This document shows, piece by piece, positions 9,777 through 19,928 of a DNA stretch of 64,000 bases (its first letter is position 1; every line of letters starts with the position of its first letter). The notes below the pieces were generated by a model. It saw only the letters and a program-made list of their open reading frames with translations. It searched no databases and was not told the origin of the DNA. Source of the stretch: Candidatus Bathyarchaeota archaeon (GTDB lineage Archaea; Thermoproteota; Bathyarchaeia; TCS64). The stretch covers positions 96,001-160,000 of the forward strand of contig CAVYLP010000001.1 in the NCBI GenBank assembly GCA_963769425.1. Direction: 5' to 3'. Position numbers and translations under genes: made by a program.

Positions 9777-10889
9777 CTAACGTTTAACAAGAAACACTTT
9801 ACCATCTGAGGTTGTTCCCGCTATTATGAAGCCTCCATCGCTTGTACCACTTATGGAGCGACACATGCTCAAGTAGTCCCAGAGACGCTCAACACCGAGC
9901 AGGTTCCCCGAAGAATCGATCTCAAATACTAGACCAATCAAAATAGACTCAGTCGAATTATGGCCGACGACGACTAAATTACCATTAGGCATGGCTAAAC
10001 TTGAATCAAAGCTCGATACGTCCCAGTAAGTTCTATTCCACATCATATTTCCCAATTTGTCAGTCTTGAACACATACCCCGTCTCGGGATACGAAATAGC
10101 TTGTGCCGTCAGAAAGTAGCCACCATCGGAAGCAACTTGAATTGAGTTAGCATGATTTAAGATACTCTTACCGTATGTGTTATTCCAGATTACATTCCCC
10201 TTGTTGTCAGTCTTCACAAGAACCACTAAGCCATTTGGGCCAACGCTGACGCCATTATTATCTAGGACGGTGCCTCCGACGATGACATAGCCACCATAAG
10301 AGGCCCTCTGGAGGTCCTTATCCCCGTTATCCACTCCGTATAACCACATCGGCGAACCTCCCAGCTTCTTGTTCCACTGTACCTCGCCCGCCGAGTCCAA
10401 CTTTATGAGGTAAATTGACCCACCTTTGGATTTAGACACTATGCATCCGCCGTCTATGGTCTCGATGATCGAGTTTGCCATGCTGTCAATGTCTTGTTCT
10501 TTATTACTCCATTCAGTGTATCCGGAGGAGTTAGTCTTAATGATGTAGAGTCCGTGGTTGGAGCCACCTAGAAGGTATCCCCCATCTTGCGTCGCTCGCA
10601 CGGTGAAGCCTTGTCCCGGAAAGAACCTTACCCATTCTTTGCCTCCGGTGGAATTCGTTTTGATGAGGAAGGTCCGATCGTTATTGGTATTCGAGTTTCT
10701 CCCAATTATTATGTATCCGCCATCCAGTGTCTGCTGAATAGAGTAGGGGTAGCTCCAATCTCCGAGTGAGTATGTTGTATTCCATTGATTTCGCTTGAAG
10801 GTTGGCGCGAGGTAGGATAAATTCAGAAACACTGCTGTGGCGAAGAGGATCGAGATAATGACTACCCAACTGGTCCGGGGTCTAAACAT
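9777..10889 (-). CDS. secreted beta-propeller-like repeat protein
   Basis: N-terminal TM/signal segment; repeated (Q/T)TxDGG(Y/F)...LIKTxxxG..W units. Confidence 0.8.
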   Translation of the reverse strand: MFRPRTSWVVIISILFATAVFLNLSYLAPTFKRNQWNTTYSLGDWSYPYSIQQTLDGGYIIIGRNSNTNNDRTFLIKTNSTGGKEWVRFFPGQGFTVRATQDGGYLLGGSNHGLYIIKTNSSGYTEWSNKEQDIDSMANSIIETIDGGCIVSKSKGGSIYLIKLDSAGEVQWNKKLGGSPMWLYGVDNGDKDLQRASYGGYVIVGGTVLDNNGVSVGPNGLVVLVKTDNKGNVIWNNTYGKSILNHANSIQVASDGGYFLTAQAISYPETGYVFKTDKLGNMMWNRTYWDVSSFDSSLAMPNGNLVVVGHNSTESILIGLVFEIDSSGNLLGVERLWDYLSMCRSISGTSDGGFIIAGTTSDGKVFLVKR

Positions 10890-10949
10890 TTCTATTATTT
10901 AAACAGTAAATCTCAGAATATGATTTTTCATCACGAGCGAGCATAGAAA

Positions 10950-10977
10950 GGTTTGGGTTTGGGGGAAAAGACTTTAG
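10950..10977 (+). repeat. boundary repeat copy 4 (GGGTTTGGGGG arm + core)
   Basis: GGTTTGGGTTTGGGGGAAAAGACTTTAG; overlaps the stop codon of the 10974-11594 gene. Confidence 0.7.
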
Positions 10978-11594
10978 AGCGGCTCTCCCTCGACGCTCAT
11001 GACTATTCGCTCGATGGAGAGTTCCTTTCCCGCGTCCCTGATGGCGTGGGCAACGAGGCCGGCGAGACCCGAGCAGCAGGGGACCTCCATGTGGACGATC
11101 TTGACATGCTTTATGTCGTTGTATCGGAATATCTCGGTGAGCTTCTCCAAGTAGGCGGGGACGTCGTCGAACTTGGGGCACCCTACTAGGACGACTTGGT
11201 TCTTCAGGAGTGTGTCCTGCCAGTCGGGGCTTGCGACGGGGACGCAGTCGGACATTATGAGGAGATCCGCGCCCTTGAGGAAGGGGGCGTGTGGATTAAC
11301 GAGGTTGAGCTGAACGGGCCAGTTCCTGAGCCGTGACTTCCTCCGCGGCTTCTGGGACTCCTTATGCTCCTCGGTGGCCTCCTCGTCGAAGGCCGGGGCC
11401 TCTCGCTCGATGACCCTGATAGCGTCCCGCGGACAGGTGCCGAGGCAGGCACCGAGCCCGTCACAGTAGACCTCGCTTACGAGCCTCGCCTTACCATCTA
11501 CAATCTTGAGCGCACCCTCGGCGCACTTGGGGATGCACTCACCGCAGCCGTTGCACCTCTCCTCGTCTATCTGGACTATCGCCCGCTTGACCAT
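10974..11594 (-). CDS. 2x[4Fe-4S] ferredoxin-domain iron-sulfur protein
   Basis: CNGCGECIPKC, CDGLGACLGTCP, WPVQL, GCPK and MEVPCC motifs. Confidence 0.9.
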   Translation of the reverse strand: MVKRAIVQIDEERCNGCGECIPKCAEGALKIVDGKARLVSEVYCDGLGACLGTCPRDAIRVIEREAPAFDEEATEEHKESQKPRRKSRLRNWPVQLNLVNPHAPFLKGADLLIMSDCVPVASPDWQDTLLKNQVVLVGCPKFDDVPAYLEKLTEIFRYNDIKHVKIVHMEVPCCSGLAGLVAHAIRDAGKELSIERIVMSVEGEPL

Positions 11595-11635
11595 CGAACG
11601 ATGGTGAAGAACAGGTGGATATAGACTCTTCCTGA

Positions 11636-13348
11636 TTAGTACCCGAGGGCGGTGGACCTCCGGAAGAGGTCGACGCCCGCCCTCAGGTTCTCGTCGCCTA
11701 TCAGGATGGCTGAGGGCCTCGCGAAGTAGCTGAGGCCTGGGCCCTCATCGACCACCTTAACGTTGTGGAGACGCTTGCGCAGGCCTTCCACGGGGATGGA
11801 TGGGATGCGTGAGTCGACGAGTGTATCGAGGCCGCTCGCGTCGATGGTCGGCGCCGAGACCGCTTCCTGTGGCCCCATCCCGAACTCAACCATGTTGAGG
11901 ACGACCTGCAGGTTCCGCTCGATTATCCGGCGGCTCCCCGGCGCGCCCTCGATTATGATAGGGGCACCGTCTTTCAGAATCATCAGGGGACCCATGTTCA
12001 TCACGGGCCTCTTCCACGGCGCGACGCTGTTAGGGTAACCCGGCGCGGGGACGAACCACCCCATGGCCGCTGTTAGGTAGAGGCCCGTGCCCTCGGGTAC
12101 GACCCCCGCCTGGAATCCGGGTGTGTGGGTGCAGGCGACCGCGTTCCCCTCGCCATCAACGACGTTGAAGTGGCTCGTCTCCCCCCCGGGTGGGCTCGGG
12201 GACGATGCACCTCTCGGCGTGGGCATCTTTCTGCCCTCGTGCCACCAAGGGTCGTGCATCGGGGCGCCGAGGTACCTAACCCAGGGCTCCGCCGAATCCC
12301 TCCGGAACCTAGTCATCTCCGAGATGAGCCCGTGGAGGTAGGTCGTGTAAGAATCTGAGAGCAGCCCAGTGAGGGGTACGTCTGCATGCTCCCAGTCCCC
12401 GAGCAGGCTGTACCTGTCGGCGAAGGCGTGGCGCGAAGCCTCCGCGAGGACGTGCATGTACTCGGAGGAGTTGTGCCCAAACCCTGCGAGGTCGAAGCCC
12501 TCCAGAATCTTCATCGTCTCCAGTATTGTGACGCCGCCGCTCGGGGTCGATGTGGTCGACACATCCAAGCCTCGGTAGCTGATCTTGATGGGCTGCCCGA
12601 CGGTGGGCTCGTACGCGGCGAGGTCCTCCGCGGTCATCACACCACCGGCGGCTGCGACCGCCTCCTCGACGGCCTTTGCCACCTCGCCAGCGTATATGGC
12701 GTCGCGCCCCTCCGCGCCAATCTTCTTCAGGAGCCTCGCTAGGTCAGGCTGTACTATCCGGGTCCCGGGCGCGGCGGGGAAGCCTCCTGGGAGCCAGATG
12801 TCGTCTATGGCTGGGCACCTCTGGCTCTCCCGAGCCAAGGTCATGTTGACGAGCGACTGGTCCCAACCAAGTGTGAAGCCCTCAGAGGCGAGCTTATGGG
12901 CGGGCTCGATAACCTCCGAGAGTGGGAGGGTGCCGAAGAGTTCGTGAGCCTTGAGGAAGCCGGCGCAGGTCGCGGGGATGGTAAGCGCTTTCCCCCCGAC
13001 GCTGTTCTCGTTCCCCTCGACCTCGAATATCTTTGTCCCCCCAGCGGCAGCGTCGCCGACGACCTTGAACATGTCAGGGGAGGCTCCCCTAGGTGCCCTC
13101 GTGTTGAAGTCGATGGAGACGACCTTCCCCTCCTCCGCCGAGTAGGCAACCATGAAGCCGAGGCCGCCGAGCCCCGCAAGGTATGGTTCGAGCACCGTGT
13201 TGCAGAAGCCCATGGCCACGCCGGCGTCGAAGGCGTTGCCACCGGCCTTCAGTATCTTGAGCCCGGCCTCGGCGGATGGAGGCGTGGATGCGGTCACCAT
13301 CCCGTTCTCGGCGGTGACCTCGTCTTTCATGAATCGTAGGGAGCCCAT
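11636..13348 (-). CDS. ggt: gamma-glutamyltransferase family protein
   Basis: GGNAFDA, GLGG.GF and AFADR motifs; ETSHFNVVDGEGNAV autocleavage Thr. Confidence 0.9.
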   Translation of the reverse strand: MGSLRFMKDEVTAENGMVTASTPPSAEAGLKILKAGGNAFDAGVAMGFCNTVLEPYLAGLGGLGFMVAYSAEEGKVVSIDFNTRAPRGASPDMFKVVGDAAAGGTKIFEVEGNENSVGGKALTIPATCAGFLKAHELFGTLPLSEVIEPAHKLASEGFTLGWDQSLVNMTLARESQRCPAIDDIWLPGGFPAAPGTRIVQPDLARLLKKIGAEGRDAIYAGEVAKAVEEAVAAAGGVMTAEDLAAYEPTVGQPIKISYRGLDVSTTSTPSGGVTILETMKILEGFDLAGFGHNSSEYMHVLAEASRHAFADRYSLLGDWEHADVPLTGLLSDSYTTYLHGLISEMTRFRRDSAEPWVRYLGAPMHDPWWHEGRKMPTPRGASSPSPPGGETSHFNVVDGEGNAVACTHTPGFQAGVVPEGTGLYLTAAMGWFVPAPGYPNSVAPWKRPVMNMGPLMILKDGAPIIIEGAPGSRRIIERNLQVVLNMVEFGMGPQEAVSAPTIDASGLDTLVDSRIPSIPVEGLRKRLHNVKVVDEGPGLSYFARPSAILIGDENLRAGVDLFRRSTALGY

Positions 13349-13482
13349 AGCCAATCATCTTTGATGCTGCTCAGAGAGGGAAGAAACTTGCCCGCCCCTC
13401 GGTCACTTTCATGCGCCACCGCTCGCGCATGCTCGACTCCGTTTAAATAGGCAGGGGACACATTGGGCACCCCTGACCGCTC

Positions 13483-14091
13483 ATGGAGTCCCCCGAGCAC
13501 AAGCACCTGAAGAACGTCGCGGTCCTCTGGCTCTTGAATCGGGGCTGCTTTCTCGCCGACACCGAGGTGCCGCTGAGCCAAGTGGGACTCAGCCGCTACA
13601 CGGAGATGGATAACAAGACGGTGATCGACGCAGTGGGTGTGGGGCTCCGTTTCAACGCGAGGAACAGTAAAGGTGAGGCGTCGGATGACTTCGACCCAGC
13701 TTCCCTCATGGGGGCCGAGGCTGGGGAGTGTGTCCTCCGGGGTGTCGAGGTCAAGGTAAGCCGCAGCGACTTTCGAGCCGGCTTCGCCTGCAGTGGGTGC
13801 AACTACCACTACCTCCTCACACCCCTGCGCCTACTCGCCCCGTCCGAGGTACCACGTGGTGTTGGCCTCATCGAGTACAACAAGCACAAGTGGGGCTGCG
13901 AGCCCGACGAAGACCACCCCGAGCGCCCCTACAAGATCACCGGCCTACGCGTCCTCAAGCACCCGATGTACCGAGAGTTACCACGATTCCAAGTAGACGG
14001 CGTAATATCTCAGCTCGCCAAAAAGACAATACAACAGACACTCGAGAAAGCCCTCAAGTGTGTCATATGTCCAGTGTCGAAGCATAATTAA
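13483..14091 (+). CDS. putative PD-(D/E)XK nuclease-like protein (MmcB-like)
   Basis: H..LK..A..WL, TEV, IDAVG, EVKVSRSDF, YLLTP and P.GVGLI pattern. Confidence 0.65.
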   Translation: MESPEHKHLKNVAVLWLLNRGCFLADTEVPLSQVGLSRYTEMDNKTVIDAVGVGLRFNARNSKGEASDDFDPASLMGAEAGECVLRGVEVKVSRSDFRAGFACSGCNYHYLLTPLRLLAPSEVPRGVGLIEYNKHKWGCEPDEDHPERPYKITGLRVLKHPMYRELPRFQVDGVISQLAKKTIQQTLEKALKCVICPVSKHN

Positions 14092-14209
14092 CCAGCCAGG
14101 GGAGCGGGGGAGTAGCTGCATTTTCCAAAGATACTGAAAGATAAAGATCAAAGAATGGCTCAAAAAAAAGAGGACAACGCGACTCTTACCCTCCTTTCAC
14201 AAGATGAGG

Positions 14210-14404
14210 CTAGAACTGATTCCTAGTGGCTGGTGTAAAAAATGATGTTTTTCCTTATTCCTACCAGCGAGGCATATACGCCCAGCCAGCTAGTGTGCTA
14301 TACCACCTTAGTAGGAATCTGATTCCTAGTGGTAGGTATCGAGGGTCATTGCGGAGCACTTTGTGATTCCACCCTACTAGGAATCCGGTTCCTAGTGGCA
14401 GGTA
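14210..14404. repeat. palindromic direct repeats (two 36-bp copies plus one partial copy)
   Basis: 14303-14338 CCACCTTAGTAGGAATCTGATTCCTAGTGGTAGGTA and 14369-14404 CCACCCTACTAGGAATCCGGTTCCTAGTGGCAGGTA (5 mismatches); partial CTGATTCCTAGTGG at 14216-14229. Confidence 0.75.
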
Positions 14405-14662
14405 CCCGTGCGGGGTTAGTTGCCAAGAGGAAGTACATTCATGAAAACTGAGAAACGACGATGAAAAGTGGTTGGAAACCTTCTCAGATCCGCCACTTCA
14501 TGATCTCCTCGTTCCATCAAACATGATTTGGAGTGCCTGATTGAGACCATGAGGCGAATCTCCTCAGTGACCTCCGCCGCGTCCTTAACACACCAACAAT
14601 CCTATTCTGATGGAGATTTAATCTGACTGGATAGGCGTGTTCGCTCCACGCGCTTGTACTGT

Positions 14663-16018
14663 TTAAAATTCCTCTACGGGGCGGAGCCACTTGCCGTAAC
14701 CAGGTTTACCGACGACTTGCCCGTCCTCGTAGATGACTGAGCCGCGAAGCATCGTCAACACAGGCGCCCCAACGCCCTCTATTCCCTCGTATGGGGTGAT
14801 CTTCTGGATCGTCTTCAGATCCTCGCCCCTGATCTTGAAGGGCTTCTCCATGTCCACGACGACGACATCTGCGTCAGCGCCGATATTCAGCGCCCCCTTC
14901 TTAGGGTAGACGCTGTCGATTATAGCGGGGTTGGTGCTGAAGACCTCGACCAGGCGCTCGAGCCCTATCCTGCCGTCGTTGACCGCGTTGAGCATCAGGG
15001 GGAGCGTGGTCTCGATTACGACGCCTCCGCTGGGGGCGTCGAAGATGTCCTTCCAACCCTTCTCCTTCTCCTCCTTCGTGTAGGGGGCGTGGTCGCTGGC
15101 GAGGACGTCGAGGACGCCGTCGTTGAGCGCCTCCCAGAGGCGGGCCTGATCGGCCTCCGTCCTGAGCGGCGGGTCGACCTTCGCGTATGGGCCCCTCTCC
15201 TTCATCGTCTCCTCGTTCATGAGGAGGTAGTTGGTGGAGGTCTCACCCGTCGCGTCGACGCCCCTCATCTGGGCCTCCTCTAAGACGTCTACGACCATCG
15301 CAGCGGTTACGTGGCAGACGTGCAGGTGCATCCCCGCCTCCTCAGCGAACATGAGGGCACGGCTCGCGGCCTCCGCCTCAGCAATCGGCGGACGGAACTC
15401 ACCGTGCGCCATAGGGTCGACACGTCCAAGCCTCTTAGCCTCGGCCGTTCCCCTGTCGACTATCACCTGGTTCTCCGCGTGGATGAGGCAGGGGAGACCC
15501 TCATCCGCGATTATCTCGAAGTTCTTCCGTAGCTGCCAGTCGTCCGCGGCTAGCTCCTTGAAGCGAGCTATCATGAAGCTCTTGTAGGCTACGGCGCCCG
15601 CCTTGGCTAGGCCGCGTAGCTCCTCCTCCGGAACCTCGCCGGCTCCCCCGACTAAGCCGAAGTCGACGAGGGACTTCTTGGAGACTATGGCCTTCTTCTC
15701 CTCGAAGGCCTTGACTGTGACTGTGGCTGGGATCGTGTTTGGCATATCCATGACGGTGGTTACGCCCCCGGCTGCCGCGGCGCGTGTGCCCGACTCGAAG
15801 TTCTCCCTCTCCGGGTTACCCGGATCCCTGAGGTGAACGTGCATGTCCACCATGCCGGGGAGAACGTACTTCCCGATGGCGTCTATTACCCTGTCCGCCT
15901 TCGGTTCACCTGACTTCATTATGCCGATGATCTTGCCCTCGTCTATGACTAGGCTCCCCTCCCAGAGGCCGGAGGGTAGGACGAGTGTGCCGTTCTTTAT
16001 GACCACGTCGACTGACAA
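14663..16018 (-). CDS. cyclic amidohydrolase (allantoinase/dihydroorotase family)
   Basis: PGMVDMHVH, AAGGVTT..DMPN, HAE, PPLR and SDHAP motifs. Confidence 0.9.
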   Translation of the reverse strand: MSVDVVIKNGTLVLPSGLWEGSLVIDEGKIIGIMKSGEPKADRVIDAIGKYVLPGMVDMHVHLRDPGNPERENFESGTRAAAAGGVTTVMDMPNTIPATVTVKAFEEKKAIVSKKSLVDFGLVGGAGEVPEEELRGLAKAGAVAYKSFMIARFKELAADDWQLRKNFEIIADEGLPCLIHAENQVIVDRGTAEAKRLGRVDPMAHGEFRPPIAEAEAASRALMFAEEAGMHLHVCHVTAAMVVDVLEEAQMRGVDATGETSTNYLLMNEETMKERGPYAKVDPPLRTEADQARLWEALNDGVLDVLASDHAPYTKEEKEKGWKDIFDAPSGGVVIETTLPLMLNAVNDGRIGLERLVEVFSTNPAIIDSVYPKKGALNIGADADVVVVDMEKPFKIRGEDLKTIQKITPYEGIEGVGAPVLTMLRGSVIYEDGQVVGKPGYGKWLRPVEEF

Positions 16019-16069
16019 TCTTTACACCTGCAATAAGGCGGTGCGGTGGGGCTGATAACCGTTACCCGG

Positions 16070-17206
16070 CTAGAAGACGACGTCCCAGGGCATCTGGTTG
16101 AGGACGACGGGGTCCCCCTTGGTGACGAGGACTATGTCCTCGACGTGGCTCCTCATTCCCAGCTTCGAGTCGATCCTGATGGGTTCGTATGTGAGGGTCA
16201 TCCCAGCCTTGAGGGGGAGGGCGTCGTTCTCGATTGAGCCGAAGTTGGTGGCGAATGGCATGGTGTAGTCGTGGACGTCGAGGCCGATCTGGTGTCCGCT
16301 GCGGGGTGTGGACTCGAATCCCATCTCCTCGTGTAGTGTGTTGGCGTAGCGGAGGACCTCGTTGCCCGAGACGCCCTCGCGGATGTGCTTTATGCCCTCC
16401 CTCTGAACCTTGACGACGCGGTCGAGGAAATCCTTCGCCTCGGCGTCGAGGGTGACGGGCCACGTGCGCCCCATGTCGCTGCAGTACCCGGACTCTACTC
16501 TGACGCCGACGTCGATGCTGAGGAGGTCGCGATGCTTCACGACACCGTATGGCCTCTTCGGCCCCCTGCAGAAGCTGAGGCTGGAGTCGAAGCTGTGGTC
16601 GAGGGCGCCGAGCTCTATGAGGCGGGCGTCGAGGCGCTTCTTCAGCTTCCAAGTGTCTGCCCCGGGGACGGCACCCTGGATGAGCTCGTAGACGGCGTTC
16701 TCGGTGATGTTGATGGCTCGCCTGATCTCGCTGACCTCGTACTCGTCCTTGATGCTGCGCATCGTGAAGATGTGGTCGCTGAGGTCGCGCTTGGGGTCGA
16801 TCTTTATGTGGAGGGTGTCGGCGAGGGCGTAGGCGAACTGGCTACTCATGGTGCTGAGGTCGAAGCTGACGCGGTCGGGGTTGTAGCCGGTTAGGGCGAC
16901 CTGTGTTCCCCTCATGTGATGGCCCTTCTCCTGCCTCACGGCGACGACCTTCGTGTACTTGCCGCTCTCCTCGGCGGCCTTCGCGCCCCAGTGGGGGCAG
17001 ACGAGGGTGACGTCACCGTTCACACCGAGCACTAGGCTCTGGTGCTCGTCGCCGATGCCGTCGGGACAGAGATAGACAAAGTTACCCGGGTTCTGATTCA
17101 CCACCTCGTTTAGGAGGACTATGGTCTCGAATCCCCTGCGCTCTACTTCCTTGAGGAGTTCCTTTCTCCTCCTCGTTAGCGACTCCTCCTGGTTCAAGTG
17201 GTTCAC
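16070..17206 (-). CDS. M24 family Xaa-Pro aminopeptidase
   Basis: RSIKDEYE, DVG...Y.SDMGRT, GHQIGLDVHD, EP and VED metal ligands. Confidence 0.9.
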   Translation of the reverse strand: MNHLNQEESLTRRRKELLKEVERRGFETIVLLNEVVNQNPGNFVYLCPDGIGDEHQSLVLGVNGDVTLVCPHWGAKAAEESGKYTKVVAVRQEKGHHMRGTQVALTGYNPDRVSFDLSTMSSQFAYALADTLHIKIDPKRDLSDHIFTMRSIKDEYEVSEIRRAINITENAVYELIQGAVPGADTWKLKKRLDARLIELGALDHSFDSSLSFCRGPKRPYGVVKHRDLLSIDVGVRVESGYCSDMGRTWPVTLDAEAKDFLDRVVKVQREGIKHIREGVSGNEVLRYANTLHEEMGFESTPRSGHQIGLDVHDYTMPFATNFGSIENDALPLKAGMTLTYEPIRIDSKLGMRSHVEDIVLVTKGDPVVLNQMPWDVVF

Positions 17207-17373
17207 TTAGGTGTGTAGAGTCGCGGGGGGTGGATATGGGTTTTCCTAGGCGGTGGTGGCTTATGCCGTGCTACTAGGCATAACGAGAAATTTATTTTTT
17301 TCCGCATGGTTGTCGAGGTCGTTTTGGGGGTTCCCCGCAAGTTTATTATCCGGTGGGGTCGGCTACCGTCTCT

Positions 17374-18529
17374 ATGAATAGGGACCTCGTGACTTTCGGC
17401 CTCCTCGGCGCCGCCCACTCTCTGAACCACAGTCTCTTCCTCGTCCTCGCGCCGCTGCTCAGCAGGATAGCCTCTGGGCTGGGCGTCACCTACCAGACTC
17501 TGGGGATAGTTACCACGGCCACGTTCCTCATCTACGGCGGAGGCGCCATCGCGGGTGGGCCCCTATCCGACATGATAGGCAGTGTCAAGGTGGCTCGGAT
17601 CAGCATAGGGCTGGCGGGCGTCTTCGAGCCTGCTCTTCGTATTCTGCAACAGTGTCTACGTCTTCGCGGCGGCGATGTTCATTATGGCGCTCTGGGCGAG
17701 CTTCTACCACCCTACGGCGAACAAGCTGATCGCCCAGGCCTTCCCCAAGTCGCCGGGGAACGCGATGGGGATACACAACGCGGCGGGGAACGCGGGGCAG
17801 GTGCTGACGCCGACGGTCGGCTTCCTCCTAGGAGTGCTGATCGACTGGAGATTCAGCTTCGTCTTCTTCGGTATCCTGAGCATGATAACTGCCTTCTTCA
17901 TGGACCGAATAATAGTCGAGGGGGACGAGCCCACGGGGAGGCGCACCCTGGACCTCGGCGGCTTCTTCAAGATCAAGAACTTCTGGATTCTCCTCGTCTT
18001 CAACGCGCTCGTCGGCTTCGTATCAAAGGCTATCGAGGTCTACTTCCCGACCTTCCTCAGCCTCGGCGAGGGCTTCTCGGGGGAGTTCGCCGCCATAGGT
18101 GCGTCCCTTATCCTCTTCTTCGGCATCGCGGGGCAGCTCGCCGGCGGGCGACTAAGCGATAAGATAGGGTCGACGAAGATACTGCTCGCGTCGAGCGCCG
18201 GGCTGCTGGTCAGCTTCCTCGTTCTGCTTCTCGTCCCCGTCAGCTACCCCTCCGTCATCCTGTTCACAATTATCTACGGCGTCGCGATCTTCGGGCAGCA
18301 GCCATCCATGACGAGCCTCGTCAGCAAGGTAACCCCGAGGAACCTGATGGGGCTGAGCTACGGGGCGATGTTCTTCTGCAGCTTCGGGCTGGGCTCGATC
18401 GCCGCAGCCGTTCTGGGGGCGCTGACGGACGCCCACGGCATCGTCTACGCCTTCTGGCTGAACGTCGCCATATCACTGGTGGTCGTCGGGGTGACACTCG
18501 TCATCTACAGGGTCTTCAAGAACGCGTGA
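17374..18529 (+). CDS. MFS transporter; frameshift near 17625
   Basis: GPLSDMIG and GRLSDKIG MFS motifs; about 12 TM segments across two overlapping ORFs. Confidence 0.85.
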
Positions 18530-19037
18530 GGTAGGTGAGGACGCCGGCGATGGTCTTTGCGTCCTCGATGACGTTCTTCTCCATCATACCGAGCAGCTCG
18601 TCGGGACCGTATGGCTCGAGGGTGATGCTCTCGTCCTCCTCGGTGCCCTGCTCCCCTGGCTTGAGCTCGGTGGCGAGGTAGAGGTGGATGACCTCGTTGC
18701 TGTAGCCGGGTGCCATGTACATGGAGAGAATCTTCTTCATCGAGCCTGCGGTGTAGCCGGTCTCCTCCTTCAGCTCCCTCCTCGCGCAGGTGTCGGATGC
18801 CTCCCCCTTCTCGAGGGTGCCGGCGGGTATCTCGAGCAGCTCCTTGCCGGCGGCGTAGCGGTATTGCCTGACGAGTACGATTCGCCCGTCGTCGAGAATG
18901 GGCACGATGGCGACGACCCCCGGGTGATCCACAATGTCGCGTATCGTCGTCTTACCGTTCGGCAATTCGACCTCGTCGGTCTTGAAGCTGAAGCTCCTAC
19001 CCTGGTGGAGTAGTCGAGTGGTGATTGTCTTCTCCAT
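18516..19037 (-). CDS. NUDIX hydrolase (ADP-ribose pyrophosphatase-like)
   Basis: VRQYRY, EIPAG.....E....ARRELKEETG Nudix box, DAKT. Confidence 0.92.
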   Translation of the reverse strand: MEKTITTRLLHQGRSFSFKTDEVELPNGKTTIRDIVDHPGVVAIVPILDDGRIVLVRQYRYAAGKELLEIPAGTLEKGEASDTCARRELKEETGYTAGSMKKILSMYMAPGYSNEVIHLYLATELKPGEQGTEEDESITLEPYGPDELLGMMEKNVIEDAKTIAGVLTYLTRS

Positions 19038-19133
19038 TTCGTTGTATGTGGCGATTTGGGGTTATGAATGTGTCCGTTTCAGTAGCTGGGGTTTGAAATA
19101 TTCGGTCTGATGAGGATAGGGAGAGGATCAGAG

Positions 19134-19928
19134 ATGGGGAACAGTGACGGGGCCAGACACGATAAGGTGACGAAGGAGGAGTTCACGCGCCAGTCGGGGA
19201 CTATGCAGGAGGCGAAGATATTCACAGACGCCGACGTGATCAAGAGAATCAGCGTCGCCGTCCTGCGCAACGGCGGGAGGATCAGGGTCCTCGACGTCGG
19301 CTGCGGCCCCGGCATACTCACCGTCGCCCTCGCCCCCTTCGTTGACGAGGTCGTGGCCCTTGACCTGACCCCCGAGATGATCGTCCAAGCGAAGAAGAGG
19401 AGCGAATGGGCTCGGGCTGAAGAACGTCCGATTCGAAGTTGGGCGGGCTGAGGAGCTACCCTTCGAGGACGGCTACTTCGACGTCGTCGTCACGCGACTT
19501 ATGCTCCACCACCTCGCTGTCCCCCGCGAGGGCCGTGGAGGAGATGGCGCGCGTCACCAAGAGAGGTGGGCTAGCTGGTGGTCGCAGATATAGTCACCTC
19601 GGAGAAGCGGGCTGAGGCTGAGCTCCACAACGCGCTTGAGACCCTGCGCGACCCGAGCCACGTCAGAGCCCTCCCCGAGCCGGAGCTGGATGGACTGATG
19701 AACTCGGGCGGGTTAAAAACAGTCGCAAAGGAGGGCTGGGTGAATGAGAGGGAGTTCGGGGAGTGGATCAAGATAACGAATGCGCCTGAGAGGGAGGGCC
19801 CCCTTCTCGTCGTGATGAAAGCCCTCGCGGAAGCGGGTGTGACCGCTGGCGTCAACCTGAGGATTTACGGGGACAAGGTCAAGTTCGACCACAGATGGGT
19901 CCTAATCACAGCCGAGAAGGTCAGCTAG
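19134..19928 (+). CDS. class I SAM-dependent methyltransferase; two frameshifts (~19410, ~19515)
   Basis: VLDVGCGPG, ALDLTPEM; ELPFEDGYFDVV and LHH in the intervening frame; EMARV, LRDPSH. Confidence 0.8.

Noticed and set aside
5576-10977. Classical integron attC cassette array
   Set aside because: No RYYYAAC/GTTRRRY boxes, cargo genes are not co-oriented, and no IntI is in the window.
14303-14404. Calling the 36-bp repeats a CRISPR array
   Set aside because: Only two imperfect repeats, irregular spacing to the third, no typical 3' GAAA(C/G) end and no cas genes; kept as an unexplained repeat.
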